This document shows, piece after piece, positions 38,106-53,869 of a stretch of DNA of 64,000 nt. A program made the translations under genes and the position numbers. Each line of letters begins with the position of its first letter. Position 1 is the first letter of the stretch. A model generated the notes under the pieces. It was not told the origin of the DNA, did not search any database, and saw nothing but the letters and a program-made list of their open reading frames with translations. Source of the DNA: Callorhinchus milii. Taxonomy: Eukaryota. Location of the stretch: the NCBI RefSeq assembly GCF_018977255.1, contig NW_024704743.1, positions 91,514,001-91,578,000 of the forward strand, in the 5' to 3' direction.

Positions 38106-39001
38106 TCTCTCAGAACATTTTACATGGACAATATGGAGCACTCAGCAAGAAAGTGAGGAAGAAGAATTTAAGTGTATTCAGCAAAGGACAGGCAAATATA
38201 TAGGTTAAGAAGGCAGAGAGGGAAAGCTGAAGACAGATACATTTTGTGAGAGAGCTCCAGAGAGTTGCGTCACAGTGGAGGAGGAGGAAGGAAGGGAGAG
38301 AGGAGGAGGTAAGGGGAATTAGTGGAAGAGAGAAGGGAGAGATGGGGAGGGGATGAGAGGGGAGGAGATAGAGTGGATTCAGACAAGGATAGAGGTGATA
38401 GGCTCACAGAACCTAGGTGATGTGCCCTGGCCAACAACCCTGTGATCAAAATGATCATTCACTTCATGACTGTCAGTAAGACATTGCTGTGCGCAAATTG
38501 GCTGTTGTGTTCGTGTAAAACATACAGTTTACAGTATATCCTGTGAAATGCAAAAACATTTTCCCAACATGAAAGGCACTGTATCAAATGCAACCAGGGT
38601 GACGATGTGCATCTGGTCAACATCTTCAAACCTTGTATCTCTTTGCTTGTCGTTCAGCACTACACTCTTTATCAAGTGGATCAGCGACATTATTTTGCAT
38701 GTAAGGCATTATAAATGATGTACATTGTTTCTGCTTCTGATGAGGCAATGCCTTCACTGTATCATGGAAAATTCTGTAAACGACAGATAGCCCATGTTCT
38801 TTCTCTTCACTTATTGTGTTACAAACAAAGAAGGAATAAAGATTGAGGAAAATTGAACTCTGTGCACCCCTAAAAAGGTAAGCATAGCAGTCTATATACA
38901 TTGTTGCCTAAATTTCCATTCAAATGCATGGTTTCAACTTGGTTGTCAACTTGAGACTTTGTTGCCTGCGGGCAATCTCCTGCTGCTGGTCATGATTACC
39001 A

Positions 39002-39280
39002 TGTGGAGTCCTGTAGCTCAGTGGTTAGAGCACTCGCTTTGCAAGCATGTTTCCTTACTCCACACGCCTAATAATAATCCCTCCAAAACAAAAAACAATA
39101 ATAAAATTGGTCATTTTCAATCTACGACTGTTTGTGGGACATTGCTCTGCGCAATTGGCTGCCGCGTTCGCCCACAAATATACAGTCACTTCACTTTACA
39201 GTATGTTCCGTGAAGCGCTTTGGGACGTCTAGAAGACGTGAAAAGTGCTATATCAAATGCAAGGATTATTATTATTATTA
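39002..39280 (+). mobile_element. SINE family A with the B-box region deleted
   Basis: gcaagc is joined directly to atgtttccttac. Confidence 0.88.
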
Positions 39281-40402
39281 CCCTGAATATTAAATTGAAA
39301 GTAAGGAAGAAAGTTTTGAAAAAGAAATGTACTATTCTCGATAAAACTGCACAGATAGGTTGCTTAACGGTATCCATCTGCAAACCGACAGAGCTTTGTG
39401 AGCACGAGACAATCAAACTTAACTTCAAACAGATATATCCATTGAAATCTTCGAGCCAAAGGACTTCTGTGTCAGGATGAGAGAAAGCAATCTATTCATG
39501 AAGCTTTTGCAGATCGATAAACTTGCCCCTTTTTAGCAACTGATTTAGCAAATCAGCTGCAAAAACAATTTGTGAAGACAGCAGTTACTCTGCATTTAGA
39601 AGTGGGATATTGTAGAAACAGTGGCTGAGATTTGTGGAGTGAAAATATTCTTCATTGAAAATGGAGGCATAATGGCAAGCAAAATACTGTATGCAAATAT
39701 TAACCAGTCGTAGGAAAGAGTAGAGGTGTGAATGCTGCATTAACTATTCAGTGTCAGGTATTGTGAAGCTAGTGTGTGAATACAGTCAGACACCATCAGA
39801 ACTTGAGGGTTGGGTCCACAAATACAAACTCCCATGTGTACTATGTGCAGGAAGCACCACTGATGTCACTTTCTGCACCCTACAGCTACACAGTCACTGC
39901 ACTTTAGAGTGAATCCTATGAAGCATTTTAAGACGTTCAACAATGCGATAAGGTACTCTATCAAATTTACTGAGAACAGGGATTCTGCTCATTCAGCTAC
40001 GGATAATGCTGCAAGCCAAATCTCTAATAGATAGGGTGGTTCTAACTGGACAAGTAGCAAGAAGCTTACCAGACAGTGCTTTAAATGATAAGCTTTGCAT
40101 TTTTAACTACTTAAAATATAGCAGTACCCCAAACACACACACTGTGGAGTATGACATGCCTCGGTGAACAATGGTTGAGTTTCTCCAGGATGTTTGCTTT
40201 CCTATTTTGTGGACAAGAGAGTGTTTTTGTAACACATTCCCTCAGGAAATCAAGTGGGTGGCATGCACACAACAGGGGGTGATGATGATATTGATCCTTG
40301 CTTTTGATATCATGCCTATAATGCCAAAATGTGTTGTCAAAAAGAATTACTATTAAATGTAGTGACTGTTTTCTTTTTTCAAATCATGTCATGGGATCTT
40401 TA

Positions 40403-40612
40403 TAATAATAATAATAATCCTTGCATTTGATATAGTGCTTTTCACGCCGGGAGGACGTCCCAAAGCGCTTCACAGAACACACTGTAAAGTGAATTGACTG
40501 TATATTTGTGGGCGAACGCGGCAGCCAATTGCGCACACCAATGTCCCACAAACAGTCGTAGATTAAAAATGACCAATTTAATTATTGTTTTTGGTTTTGG
40601 AGGGATTATTAT
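40403..40612 (-). mobile_element. SINE family A, 3' two-thirds
   Basis: Reverse-complement body and tail. Confidence 0.88.
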
Positions 40613-41889
40613 TTTTAACATCAACCTCCACAGGCAGGTGGGTCCTTTAGTTTAAGGTCTCTGAAAAACAGGTAGATTGCATGTAGTCTGTGGAAAGCTT
40701 GTTCTGTATAGGCTAAATGAGTTTTGCTTGTTCCTTACCTTACTTGTACTTGTGAATGTACAGAAATTGTGCATCTACTACCATTAATCCCCCCGGGTTG
40801 TTGTCAGCCTCCGTCACTGTGAAGGGCCCTATATAAATGCAAGTTGTTGTTGTTATGTCATGCTGGGTAGACAACCATCACCACAAGACAAAAGGAAAAT
40901 GTCCTTTATGGTTATTATATTTCAACCACAAAATATACAATATATTTTGCGAAGTACTTTAAGATGTCTCGCAAGGCACTATATCAAATAAGGCACTATA
41001 TCACATGCAAGGATTATTATTTATTAAAAATGGTCCTGATGATGGTGTAGTCGAGAGATCTCAGGGGGTCGGTGCAGAGAGATGTCTGGAGTGGAGGCAG
41101 TAGTAATGCTGTTTGTATAAACTTTTCTTGTTTGTGTTGTTTGATCTGTCAGTATGTGTGCGTGTGGGGGGGAGGGGGGATGTGGGGGTGGGGAGCAGGA
41201 GCTCTACATCTGGCCTCTTGAGGTGAATTCTACTATTTGCCTACAAATTCAGTCACATCACAGTCAGGAAAATCCTGTGAAGCTGTTTTGAGACATTTCA
41301 AAGGTTTGATAAGGATTATTACTTTTATTATTATCCTTCCCCTCCCCAGTGTGTTGTTTTTGTTCCCTTAACTTGGTCGTTGGTTTTGGAAATGTACCAC
41401 TTACCACTTGAGACTCAAGACCAATTTAAGTCAAATCAACCCAAATGTTCATTTCCACCACACTGTATTACTGGCAGATTGTGTCATAAATGTAACACGA
41501 TACAAGATGCAGATTGCAAAACAAAAGGCTTGTAACGCAAGAGGCTTGTAAGCAAAAGGTGCTCATTAACAGAGTTCATTATAATGGATTTACCTCTTCA
41601 AGCAAAATGAAAAAAAAAGCCTTCAGAAACGTGCACCTATCTGTTTCCCATAATACTTTAATACCTTTATGTCAATGAATTACAGTGCATCTTTCCTTAC
41701 TTCCATCAGCAAACCCAGCATTGACAATAGAAGAAAAGAATCATTACTCATTTCTTCAATTTCTAACATATATCCATTATTGCACTTACAGCACAGGGGA
41801 AATACAGTAACAGAATTCCACAACCTTTTACAATTCTGCCCATCATCTTGGCCTGGTTTGCTATTCCCACCATTTTCAGCACTGCCAGG

Positions 41890-42310
41890 CTGGATTACAC
41901 ATCCAGGTTGGATTAAACCAATTTTCTGCTTGCCAGACTACCTGCCTCTTCTACTCACAAGTTGCAGACTATCCAGAAATCTGCATATCCTTTCCTGCAC
42001 TAGGCTTAGCGAAGCTATCTTGCCCCATCCTACCTTTGCTTTCTCCTTAAATTCTACAAACCCAGGTGTTGGCATTGGGGCTTTTAGAGTATCTTCCCCC
42101 ACTCTTTGAAACTCCATCCTGGAGTCCCTTCAGCTCACCTCTTCCCTGGCCTCCTTCAAGATCTACCTCAAAACCTTCTTCTTTGACCACACTTTCTCCC
42201 CTTATCCCTCTCTCTCCCCACCCCTTTGGCTCCCAACCTCAGCTCAGGAGTGTCCAGGGCCTTGGGACAACCTCCCGACCTGAAAGGCTCCATATAAATG
42301 TAAATTTGTA
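41890..42310 (+). mobile_element. Degenerate L2 3' fragment
   Basis: tccaggttggatta..., aactccatcc, cctccttcaag, ccttgggacaacctcccgacctgaaaggc tail. Confidence 0.65.
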
Positions 42311-42574
42311 TTATATTGTACTGCCAATTGATAATCATTAGACCATTTTCTTGATGTTGGTAAATAAACATTGAGAAAGTAGATAATTGAGGGTGAAGAG
42401 AAGGATTAAAGCTACAGGGTTAAAAGGTTAAAGGTAGCTTGTGCATGAATTTGTAGTAAATTATATAATCTTCGCTTTTAACATTGGGAAGCCTCAAAGT
42501 GCTATATAGGGTTTAATGTAAAGTTTGGTGACTAGTCTGTAGGTGAACTCTACAACCAATCAGTGCACAACAAT

Positions 42575-42840
42575 CCTAGAATCCTAGAATTATACAGCAC
42601 AGAAGGAGGCCATTCAGCCCATCGTGTCTGTGCCGGCTCTTTGAAAAGAGCTATCGAATTCAATCCCACTCCTACACTTTCTCCCCATAGCCCTGCAAAC
42701 TTATCCTCCCCAAATAATTATCTACTTCTCTCTTAAAAGTTATCATCAAATCAGCTTCCACCACCCTTTCAGGCAATGCATTCCAGATCCAAACAACTCA
42801 CTGTGTAAAAAAAATTCTCCTCACCTTCCCCTCTGTTTCT
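42575..42840 (-). mobile_element. CR1 LINE 3' end
   Basis: (CCTAGAAT)n tail, acagcacagaaggaggccattcagcccatc, ttccaccaccctttcaggcaatgcattccagat. Confidence 0.75.
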
Positions 42841-42869
42841 CCCCCAAATAATGTCCCCCAAACATCTGG

Positions 42870-43062
42870 ATGACTCATTTTATTTAGGGGATTGTTGGCC
42901 AAAGAACTGAAAGAAATTTCATTCTCTTTTTGAATATTGCCCAAAAGATCTTTAATGTCTACCTGTACAGGCAACAGCAGCTCAGTTTAACATCTCATCT
43001 GAAGGACAGCACCTCCAACAATGCAGCATACCCCCAGCACTGCATTGGAGTGTCAGCCTAGA
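42870..43062 (-). mobile_element. Deu-type SINE family B fragment
   Basis: gtttaacatctcatctgaaggacagcacctccaacaatgcagc...gtcagcctaga. Confidence 0.7.
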
Positions 43063-44024
43063 TACATCTAGCCTGCGGCCATTCAAGTTTCCCTGCACTA
43101 TGCTTAAGAAAAGTAATATCTTCCCTAAAGCAATTTCTAATCATATCTATAGCTACAAATTACATTCTTAATGATTTTGTTCATGATGTCATCCTATGAA
43201 CCTTATTTGCATGGCTAAATCTGGAGAATTAGTGGCATTAGTGGAGTAATTTTCTCCAACCATTGTGCAAAAATGCTTTTAGTTGGTTTAGGAGCAAGGA
43301 TGTCATTTATATCCTCTGTAAGGTGCTTTTCCCCTTCTCTTATGTACCATGTACCCTATATCTCAAGTCTGGATGTTGAACAATTAGCTCAGTATTTGAG
43401 CACTCAAGGTCTTAGGAATATCAAAGCAGAGTGATAGAAAGGACCATAAAAGGATTGGGATCTCTTCTGGTGGAAGTGCACTGGCAGATATATGTTGGAA
43501 ATAAAGGAGAGTGATGGCTCTTTTCATATATTGCTCGCTCTTTTCAACTGCAATCTTTGAATCCATTTATGATGGGAACATGTGGCAATGAATGCACCAA
43601 AGTTGGCTATTAACTGTACTGTAAAGAGATGGTAATTTGCATTTAAGCAGCTGAAAAGAGGAATCAATGCTGAATAAAACAGGGCCAACGTTACAGTCAG
43701 ATTATCCCATGCTGGGGGCTGTAAACTTGTTAGGCATGTGCTATTGATTTCACCTAGAAAACTGACACATGCAAATTTGCATCCAATGTCTTTCCTATTT
43801 AAAACTTTGTAAATTTGTTTGTTAAGCAATTTGTTTGTGTGAAAATTAAACTCAAGAACACAGTAAACTAAAGAACACCTAGAGTGCCCCATATTTTTTT
43901 ATTAACAAACTGAGTTTGTTGAATGAAAACTGAACATGCACTGGAGGAAGGGATTTTATTCCAACACACATCACTTTCAATTTTTGCTTTATGGTTCAGT
44001 TCAGAAAACTCTTAAGATGTATCC

Positions 44025-44375
44025 TGGCTCAGTTGATGGCTCTTTCACATCTAAGTCAGAATGTTTGTGGGTTCTAGCCCAACGGTAGGACTTTGAACTC
44101 AAAATCTAGCTATGGGGAAATCTGCATTCTTGGAGATGCCTTCCTTCTGATGAGACGTTAAACTGAACTCCCGTCTGCCTGTTCAACTAGATGTTAAAGA
44201 TCCAATTACACTACTCATAAAGATAAGGCAGTTTCTCCTGGTGTACTGGCTAACAATCCTCAAAATCAAATCGGTCATTTGCTTCATGGTTGTTTGTGGG
44301 ACATTGTTGACAATAAACCCTGTGAAGTGCTTTGAGATGTTTTAATGAGATCAAATTCAATGATTATTATTATTA
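44025..44375 (+). mobile_element. Deu-type SINE family B
   Basis: ggctcagttg head; ttggagatgcc...gatgagacgttaaac...gtctgcctgttc; tail. Confidence 0.72.
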
Positions 44376-47300
44376 AACACTGCCTAAAATGTTTTGATTT
44401 ATTACCTTCAAGATCAGGAAACCAAGAAAGCTGCATTTTTATGCTGCATTAATACCTCATGATCAAGTCCAAAACAAATGGAATATCTAAATCAAGACAG
44501 ACTAATGCAAACTTCTACAAAGAGTCTTGCCCACTCCAGACCATTGCTGGAAACATGGCATCTTTAAGAAACTATGATAATAATAATTGTTACATTTTGT
44601 TAGAGTGCCTTTCACATCAGTAAGACATCGCAAAGTGCTTCACAGGGATATATTAGGAAGCAAACTGATGATGAACAGTAGGATCATTATCTTATTTAGT
44701 TCATGTGTGCATTCACATCCTTGTATTAACAGTCGCACAGCAAAATAAGTTTGTGCCCTTTCTCAGCTATTCTTTCAGGTCAGTGAATGTTGGCTTTCGT
44801 GACTCTTATTTTTGTGGTCTGATCCATCCAGCTTCTGTCATAGTCCAGAGGAAGTTTTAAAATATCAGTTTCTGAGATGATCCAAAAGATAAATGATCTA
44901 ATCTGGTTGATGATAACTGAACATAACATGGACAGTTAGCTAAAGGGTTTCCTTCTCCTTGAGAGACACTATTTCTGTTCTAAGGATTTCTGTGACAGTT
45001 GATTCTAGTACTTATCTTTCTGTGGTATTACTTGGAATGTGATTTTCCACCCCTTTTCCTATCTCACAGGGCACAATCAGCTCCACTCCTATCTCTCCTT
45101 CCAATTTCTAGCCGCTCAACAGGCCAACTGAACTGTATCACCTTTTCTACTACCTCTCATTATGTAGCACACTTGTCCAACTTGTAACAAATCTCCCTAT
45201 GGATAACTGGATTCTTGTAGCCGATGCCATGCAGAGAGAAAGATCTGCAAGAGTCCTTGGTCATTAGTAATAGATGGAGACAAACAGTGCACATAAGCAA
45301 ATCACTGCTAGGTTACAGACCAGTAACTGCAATACAAACTCCATAGTGACTTGATTGCATTATACTATTCTTGAATTAAACAAACTATGCTTATTAATGC
45401 AAGGGGTCAAGAAACATCAAACTAGGTTTTACATTCAAAACGGGTTACATTGTTTAGACTCCTGGCAGTATAAAAAAGCCAGCAATGTATATTCTACCAT
45501 GAGTTCAACACACACAAAAAAAGTGTTAATATTTATGTATTTATATATATTTTGTGATGGACTATTATTCCTCATAGTGGGAAAAAATGGCAAAGAGGGT
45601 CAAGGGAAGCATTAATAAGGCTCGTATAATGCTGTGCTATAGCTTCTGAGGTGCATCAGCCAGATTGTAGAATAAAATATTTGGAATTGATGTTGTTTAG
45701 AATGGGTAAGCACCAATTTGTTTCTGATATCGTGGGCTAACACTAGTTTGGTGTAGTGCAAAAGTGACAAATATTTTCTGTAGTGTAGGTGTGAAATTTA
45801 AACATGTGACAATTATTAACGCATTCAGCGAGAAAAAGATCATGTCAAATGTATTATGAAATATCTCAAATTTTAATTATTCTAGTCACGAAGCACTGGA
45901 GAAAAGAGAAAGAGAAAACAGGCCAAAAACTGCTCCTTTTCATTCTATTTCAGATTACTTTAAATAATTTAATACTATTTACCCCGTTGATATTGCTTCA
46001 TAATTGTGAAGACCTGTATCAGGCTACACTTTAAGCTTCTCAATTTTGGTGAAAAAAGCTCCAAATTCCCAAGTATTTCTTCAAAAATAAAAACTCTTAT
46101 TCCTAATAACATCTTAGTGAATCTTTGTGGCATCTTTTTCTCATTGTTTTTAAAGCCTTCCTATGATGGGGCACCCAGACCTGTACCCAACACTATAGGT
46201 ACACAAAATTTTCCAACTCCATCTGCGGTCTAAGTTCTTGGACCTTTTATATCATTCATGATGAAGCAGAAGGTCTGAGCGATGTTGGTCTTTTGAACTG
46301 CATTAAATCAATAAAGCCTTGTTTTTTATCCTCATATTTATGGTATGTGTATTCCATGCGCATCTCGTCTAGAAGACGTGAAAAGTGCTACATCAAATGC
46401 AAGGATTATTATTATATTATATATTTACTCATTACATGTACTGCCCGTAGGCTGACACTAGTTATTGAGGTGGCGGGGGTGGGGGCAACCCAATGATTGA
46501 GGTGCTCTAGTGGAGATAATTTATCTTATTTCTAGAAGGTTCTGGTGTCCAGATCTTTGACAATCTCGGCTTTATCAGTGCTATACACTCTGCTTGCAGA
46601 TTAACGAAGCTCGATGGCATACATGTATGTGCTTTAACACACAGAGTTGATTTGTACCACTATCATTGCTGTACTATTTTTGCAAAGCTGAGACTAGAAC
46701 CTAGACTTCTTGTTTTCGAGCAGCCTTTAAAAACATTTAAATAATGCAATTGCCTCTTACTATTAAAACCTCATGCCAAACTGAGAACTTGTTAAAACCC
46801 TGAGAAATACATTTATCTGGAGAAATACATACTATACTCAGGCATCATTACAAGCCAAGTGTAGAATTTCCAAGTACTATTCCTGTTATGTGAGATTCCT
46901 GATCCAAGCAGAACATTTCTTGAAAAATTAATGTCTCACTGATAACTCACTCATGTATTCATTATCATTCAACTATGGGTCTATAGATGCATCTGTGGAA
47001 GTAATGGTACATGCACACTATAATGTTGCTACAGAAATACTACTGAATGGCATAATGAACTCCATTGGCTATGAAAATAATAAAGGAATCTTTCTTGGTA
47101 GGTTATTATATTATACCCTTGTAGTTAATCAACAACAACAAATTACATTTGTTGAGCGCCTTTCACTTTGGGAGGACATCTCAAGGCACTGGAACACGTT
47201 CAACTCTACTCTTCCCTCCTCTCCCCCCAACTTCATACCACTGTTTTTTTTGACAACAACAACTTGCATTTATATAGCACCCTTCACACTGGGTAGTGTT

Positions 47301-47508
47301 CCGGAGTGTTTTTCTTCTTTCTACTGTGTGTTGAATTTGTAGAATTGTGCTCAGTTTATGCTTTGTAAAATATATTCCAGGAAATTTTGGCTTATAAAAT
47401 AATAATAGACATCATTCAAGATTCAGTATAAAGAAACGTAGCAAAGTTATGCAAAACCAGTTAATGTCATGCTGTCACCCTACCACGCATTTGCAACATG
47501 AAGGAGAA

Positions 47509-47821
47509 TAAATAAATAATCCTTGCATTTGATATCGTGCTTTTCACGTCTTCTCGACATCTCAAAGTGCTTCACAGAATATGCTGTAAAGTGAATTGAC
47601 CGTATATTTGTGGGCGAAACACAGCAGCCAATTGCGCACAGCAGTGTCCCACAAACAGTTGTGGATTGAAAATGACCAATTTATTATTGTTTTTGTTTTG
47701 AGGGATTATCATTAGGCGTGTGGAGTAAGGAAACTTGCCCAAGGTTTCGCCCTGCCTGGAATTGAACCCAAGTGTCTCGCTTGCAAAGCGAGTGCTCTAA
47801 CCACTGAGCTACAGGACTCCA
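47509..47821 (-). mobile_element. SINE family A, full length
   Basis: Reverse-complement head and tail. Confidence 0.9.
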
Positions 47822-49492
47822 GTGGATATTTCAGTCGTGAATTTTAAAGCAATGCGCCAAGGTTCAATTGTTAACGACATCTATCAGAGGACTAACTTTG
47901 TAAGCAAACAAATTAAATTCAACATTTCTAAGTAATGCAGTTTGCTTTTAATTCAGTGCAAAAACTGCAATTATGATCTTGTTAACATTGGGTTCCGAAC
48001 AGCAAATGCAACAGCGGTTATACCAAGAATGTGGTATTGGGTACAAAAATTAATCAAAGTTTATGGAAGTAAAAAAATGTCCTGTCAACCGGGGTCATAA
48101 AAAGCAATTTATAGTACAGTCTGTACGCCAAGGACAGAAGGAGTATGTTCTGCAGCGCAATTCCCAGGATCCATTAAATGTAGAACTTGTAAATGAAGTT
48201 GGGCTGCATGATGTAAGGTTAAATTAAAGTGCAGATTGGTTATAGGGCTGTGTAATGGCACCAGCTGCTCTGGCCCACATACTTCTGGATCTCGAGTGGA
48301 ATTTTCCCTGGAAACTGCACACCTTTTCTTTCTGCTGTATTTTCTAGTGTTTTTCAACAGATGCAAAGGAACAAGAAAATAAAAACAGATGTGTTGTGAC
48401 ATTTTGTTTAAGAAGTTTTTAAAAAAACATAGGGTGAAGAATTGCTGATTACTAAATGTAGCAACTTTACATAGATTTACATAGAGAGCACGAATACCAA
48501 CTTATCTAGTTTGTGCTACTATTTATACTCCACATGCGCCTCCACCTATCCGAATGCCAGAGTTTAGGTTTCTGGGCCCTTTTGACTATTACATTTAAAT
48601 TTCCTCTCTACCATGCCATACACAGAATGTACTTTCCAATCAAGTATAAACCTCCATCAGGTATATAAAATAGAAATAGAACTCCATTTTTGGCTATAAT
48701 TCCATCTTGTTTTTCAAAAATTCTAAGCATATATATTAACTATTATTTCTCATTGGTACCATTTGTAGATTTCACTGTGATATAATTTGCAGTGCAAATG
48801 ATAATTCAATAACTTTATCTATTGAAAGACTCAGGCTGGCTTGGACAATCTACTTCCCCCAGAGAATATTTACCCATAACTCCAAAGATTTTAACCTTGA
48901 AGGGAAAGGCCTGCTGGTGATGAACCAGTTAGTCTAAGTATCATTTCAGTAGTACTCTTTGCGTTCTGGAATACATTCAGAGCAATGAACATATTAAAAG
49001 TATGGAACAACAAAAGGGCATTCGGCCTATCAATCCCACAGTCAACCTACCCTGATATGAACTTCACATCATTCTTGCATCTATTTAAGCAATACTCTGC
49101 ACCCAGAACTGAAGAGGAAACCAGAGTGACGACATAGGCAAAGGAGGCTGCTGACATTCTTTCATATTTTGGTTGAGTGCCATAGTCATCTGTGAATTGT
49201 GGAATCTGTCCCACAGTCTATATAGAGTTTACTCCACAGCACAAGGAGCTTAGCTTGTTACAAAATCACATTTTCTTGACATTCAATATACATGTGGCAT
49301 AAAATAGATGTCTCTAAAATCTGATCAATTTTGAGAAGATTGATAGTGAAAGATTATTCCCACAGTTTAGAATTCAATGACAAGGAAAGGTTTAACCTCA
49401 TCATTGGAAAGGTTAAGGGGGAAGGTTAGAAGAAATCTTCTCCTGCAGCAATTCATCAAAATTTGGAATACTTTTCCACAAGTGGTTATTAT

Positions 49493-49925
49493 CAGTCTGG
49501 CTCAGCTGGTTGCACTCTTGCCTCTGAGTCAGAAGGTTGTGAGTCCATGTCAGGACTTTGAACTCACAGTCGAACATGCTACTCCATTTCAATGCTGGGG
49601 ATGCACTGCATTATTGGAAGTCCCATCCTTCAAGTGAGATATTAAACCAAAGTCTTATCTGCCTGTTCAGGTGGATGTTAAAGATCACATGCCATTACTT
49701 GGGAAGAGCATTCCTCCTGGTGTCCTGGCCAATAATCCCCCAAATAAAATAGGCCACTCACTTCATGGCTAGGTGAAGGACCCCGTTGAATGCAAATTAG
49801 CTTTTGGTTTGCCTATAAAAACACTTTGTATTTTTACAGGTCAGTACACTTTGCAGCGAATCCTATGAAGCACTTTGAGCCATGATCCATCTCCTGCTGT
49901 GAAAGGCATTATATCAAATGCAAGT
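49493..49925 (+). mobile_element. Deu-type SINE family B, near full length
   Basis: ggctcagctggttgcactcttgcctctgagtcagaaggttgtg head; Deu-like middle; tail. Confidence 0.78.
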
Positions 49926-51233
49926 TTTTTTGGATTCACTTGAAACCACAGCAATAACTAAAAGGAACTGGCTAGTTCGAAGGGGGAAGAATATGAAAGG
50001 GTGTGAGCAAGGAATTGGGGTGAGATTAGTTAGCCCTAAAGAATGAGCAAGCAGCATGCTAGGCTCAATGAGATGTCTGATTTTCTCCTTGGTTGCAGAT
50101 TTGATAAAACAGAGCAACATGACCTTGGATTACATCCTGTTTGTGATCAAAGTAACTTTAAGGAAAGAACAATTCTAAAGAGGTTTGGGAATATTTTATA
50201 CCTTTCTGTAAATGAATATTGACAACAAATACTCCAATTCTACATTTTGATTGCTCTTGCCCTATTGACATGAATTTTATTTTTTTAATTGAAAGATTAA
50301 ACTGATCAAGGATGAGTGATTTTTTCCAAAGGTTCTTCTGTTTAGCAAAGGTGTTAATTAAATCTGTTTATCCCTTGTAATGTTCTAATAGATTTACTTT
50401 TGTTTCATCGATCTATAGGGATTACTACTTGCTGGTGATTCCTCCAATCAAACTGGGGTTAAAGTCTGGTTTATTCCAGTGTTTAGTTGTTTTGTCAGAG
50501 TGTTATACCAGTTTATTATAGAAGTGGTTTGAGTGGTGCTTGTTGGGACAGTGGATGCCACCATATTTACACTGGGAATGCATTGGCTGTAATACAGTGA
50601 CAACTGCATGTGTATGTTTCCAAATTGTAAACCAAATGTTTATTTGTGGCCTGGACCTACCCTGGTGTCTGGGGCTGGACTGTACGTGCCAGAAATGCCT
50701 AAACTGTTTGTTGGTCTGGACATGTGGGCTGAGAGTGCAGCCTGTTCACACCTGAATGAAACGCATTAGCTGGCAAAGCTGCACGCTGTTGATGGGGCCA
50801 CTTACATTTCAATCTCCAATTATTGCTGCCTCCAGAGGCAGAATGAAAACCTGCTTCAGGATATGGAAGTGAGTGCCTCTGGAGACAAAGGTGCAACTTT
50901 GTTTATATTACGACGTTGCAAATGAAGGCAGAGCTACTGTCAGTAGCAATGCTACAATAACATATCAAACACAATCTATAGTACGTAGTGTATTAAGTAT
51001 TTTCCCAGCATTAAAAACTAGCAACTAAAAGCAAAGATATAAATAGCAAAACATCTGATCACTACAGTAGGTCCTCACAATAACACTTCATATCATACAT
51101 CACAATCTCTAATACAACACACATTGTTTATGGTTCACTTAGTGGCACATCAACTACATTCAAGACCTTGTCAGCAACCTGCTTTGCAGAAGAAACACAT
51201 ATCACTGTCAAAACAACTGGAAATGTAATACTA

Positions 51234-51585
<352 letters not shown>

Positions 51586-53377
51586 CAACGTGTAAACGTT
51601 TCAGTAGCAGGTCAGAGATGACTTTAAACTAGAGTCCAAGAGATCTAGATCTCTTTGTGAACAAAGTTGTTTTGGCCCTAGGTCTCAGTCTCCACTGCTG
51701 CATGTGACTACTCTTGTGCATCTCCATTCTTTACAAAGCACAAGCTACTATTCTAGTCAGGGAATCGGTGTTAACAATTCTTCCCACAGGTGGGGAGAAA
51801 TGGGACTTTAAATGATATCCTATTGTAGCTTGCATTTTCTTAATAAGAAAGATCAGCATGTTTCTGTTTAGCCAGTAGATTTGTTTTCAGCACCCACGCA
51901 TTGTTCCAGCCTTAGGGCTTTGAAGTTCAGTGAAACTTTCCATTGAAACTGTAAGATGATTTATTTTTGTCCCCCAAAATATGCCAGAAATGCTCTACTC
52001 AAAAGAAACAGCATAATTTCAAAGAATAATTGGATCTGAGTAATTCAGAAAGTATTGAAATATTCAAGCTATGATACACAGCATAATAAAGCATAGATTT
52101 TCTCTGCATTTGTTATTTTTTGCATATTTAAATCTGGATGCTTTGTCTTTGTCTCAAGTTTTGTTCAATCCTGCATTAATGCTATAAGATGATAACTTTC
52201 ACATTTTGAGATATTCACACAAAATCTCTGGTATTGCTTATTTTTGGTGTTCAGAAAATAATCAAGGTTTATTGGCAGGATATGGAGGGGCAAACCCCTG
52301 GGTCCAGGAATCTTCCCACTCAGCTTCCCACTTGCCAATCTGCACCTACTACTCTCCGGAATTAGCTAGGCAGCCAGCGTCCAGCTGGGGAGAGAATGCA
52401 CATTCCATTTCAAATTCCATTCCAGGAATATTTCCACATGTAGGTGCCATACATATGTGGAATTCTCAGACTGGTTTGGATACTTTTAAGCACAGTGATG
52501 GGTTTAAGTATATGTCAGATACCTGGTTGACGAAAAGAAATTGTGAGTGGATACGTACCATTCTCTTGTTATAATAATATTTCACTGGCCCACAAATACA
52601 TTCATTATGATTCTCTATTATCACAACCTTTACTATTTAAACTCTATTTAAATATCTAGCTTGATGCTCATATTTAATGCTTTACTCTTGGACTGAGACA
52701 TCAAATATGATTGTAACTATTATTATGTTTGTAATAGAAAAACTTTAAAAAGTTAATTTAAAGAGACATTTTCATAGTCACCTTAATAAGATGGAGGTGA
52801 TTCTTTAGTAGGACAGTAAATTTAGAACCATTGAAATTTACAGCACAAAGGAAGCCATTTAGCCTATTGTGCTGGCTCTCTGAAATAGCTATCTATTCAC
52901 TCTTTCTCCTGCATTTTCTCATACCCTTTTATAGTTTATATTTATGGAGTTTGGGTCAGTGGGAACAACTTAATCTTCTCTGGCCTGTAAATTTACCAGC
53001 TTTAAAAGAATCTTCCCTTGTATGCTTCAAGATCCATTGGCTTTCTTTAAAATTTGGAGATGCTGCTGTAAAATTTAAAGTACTTGGGTGATTCTAGTCA
53101 AATAAAAGGCAACTTTTATGAAAATTATTATGAAAATCTCAAATAAAATATATTGTATTACCACCTCCAGATTTGAACAATAGACAGTGTAAGAAATCAA
53201 TTGCCTTGGCATCTGCTTAGTGTAGCTCTTTCAAAAATCTGGTCAAGGCCTCAAGGTTTCAAAATACCGAAGAATTATTTATTTCTATCTACATATAGTA
53301 TTCAAGAAGCATTCAATACTTTAAGTTTTTCCACTTTCGAGAACTCAACACATCAGATATTTAACTGATGTTGATGC

Positions 53378-53765
53378 CTAGCTCAGTTGGTAGCATTCTC
53401 GCCTCTGATTGAGAAGGTTGTAGGTTCAAATACTTTGAACCAACGTAGTCTTTGCAGTGCAACTCACATTTCAGTGCTGGGATGTGCTGTATGGTTTGTA
53501 GTGCCTTTGGATTTGATGTTCTGGATCAGACTCAGCCTGCCTGTTCAGGTGGATGTTAAACATCTCATAATACAATTGGAAAAAGAGAAGGGAGATGCCA
53601 ACAATCCCTCCAGATAAATCTTGTCATTCACTTCATGGTGGCTGTGGGCTGCTGAGTTTTCGCACAAAGTGCACAGTAACTACACTTTACAGTAAATCCT
53701 GTAAAGCAGCTTGAGATGTCCTCCAGAAATGAAAAGTACTACATCAAACGCAACGATTATTATCA
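53378..53765 (+). mobile_element. Deu-type SINE family B
   Basis: gctcagttggtagcattctcgcctctga head; gcctgttcaggtggatgttaaa; tail. Confidence 0.72.
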
Positions 53766-53869
53766 ATCTTACCAAACCACAGACAATTGTCTGACCAATG
53801 ATTTAACCTTTCCTGAATAATGGTAAATAATCCCAGGTGAGGAACCGTTTTAAGCTTTTGCTGTTAACC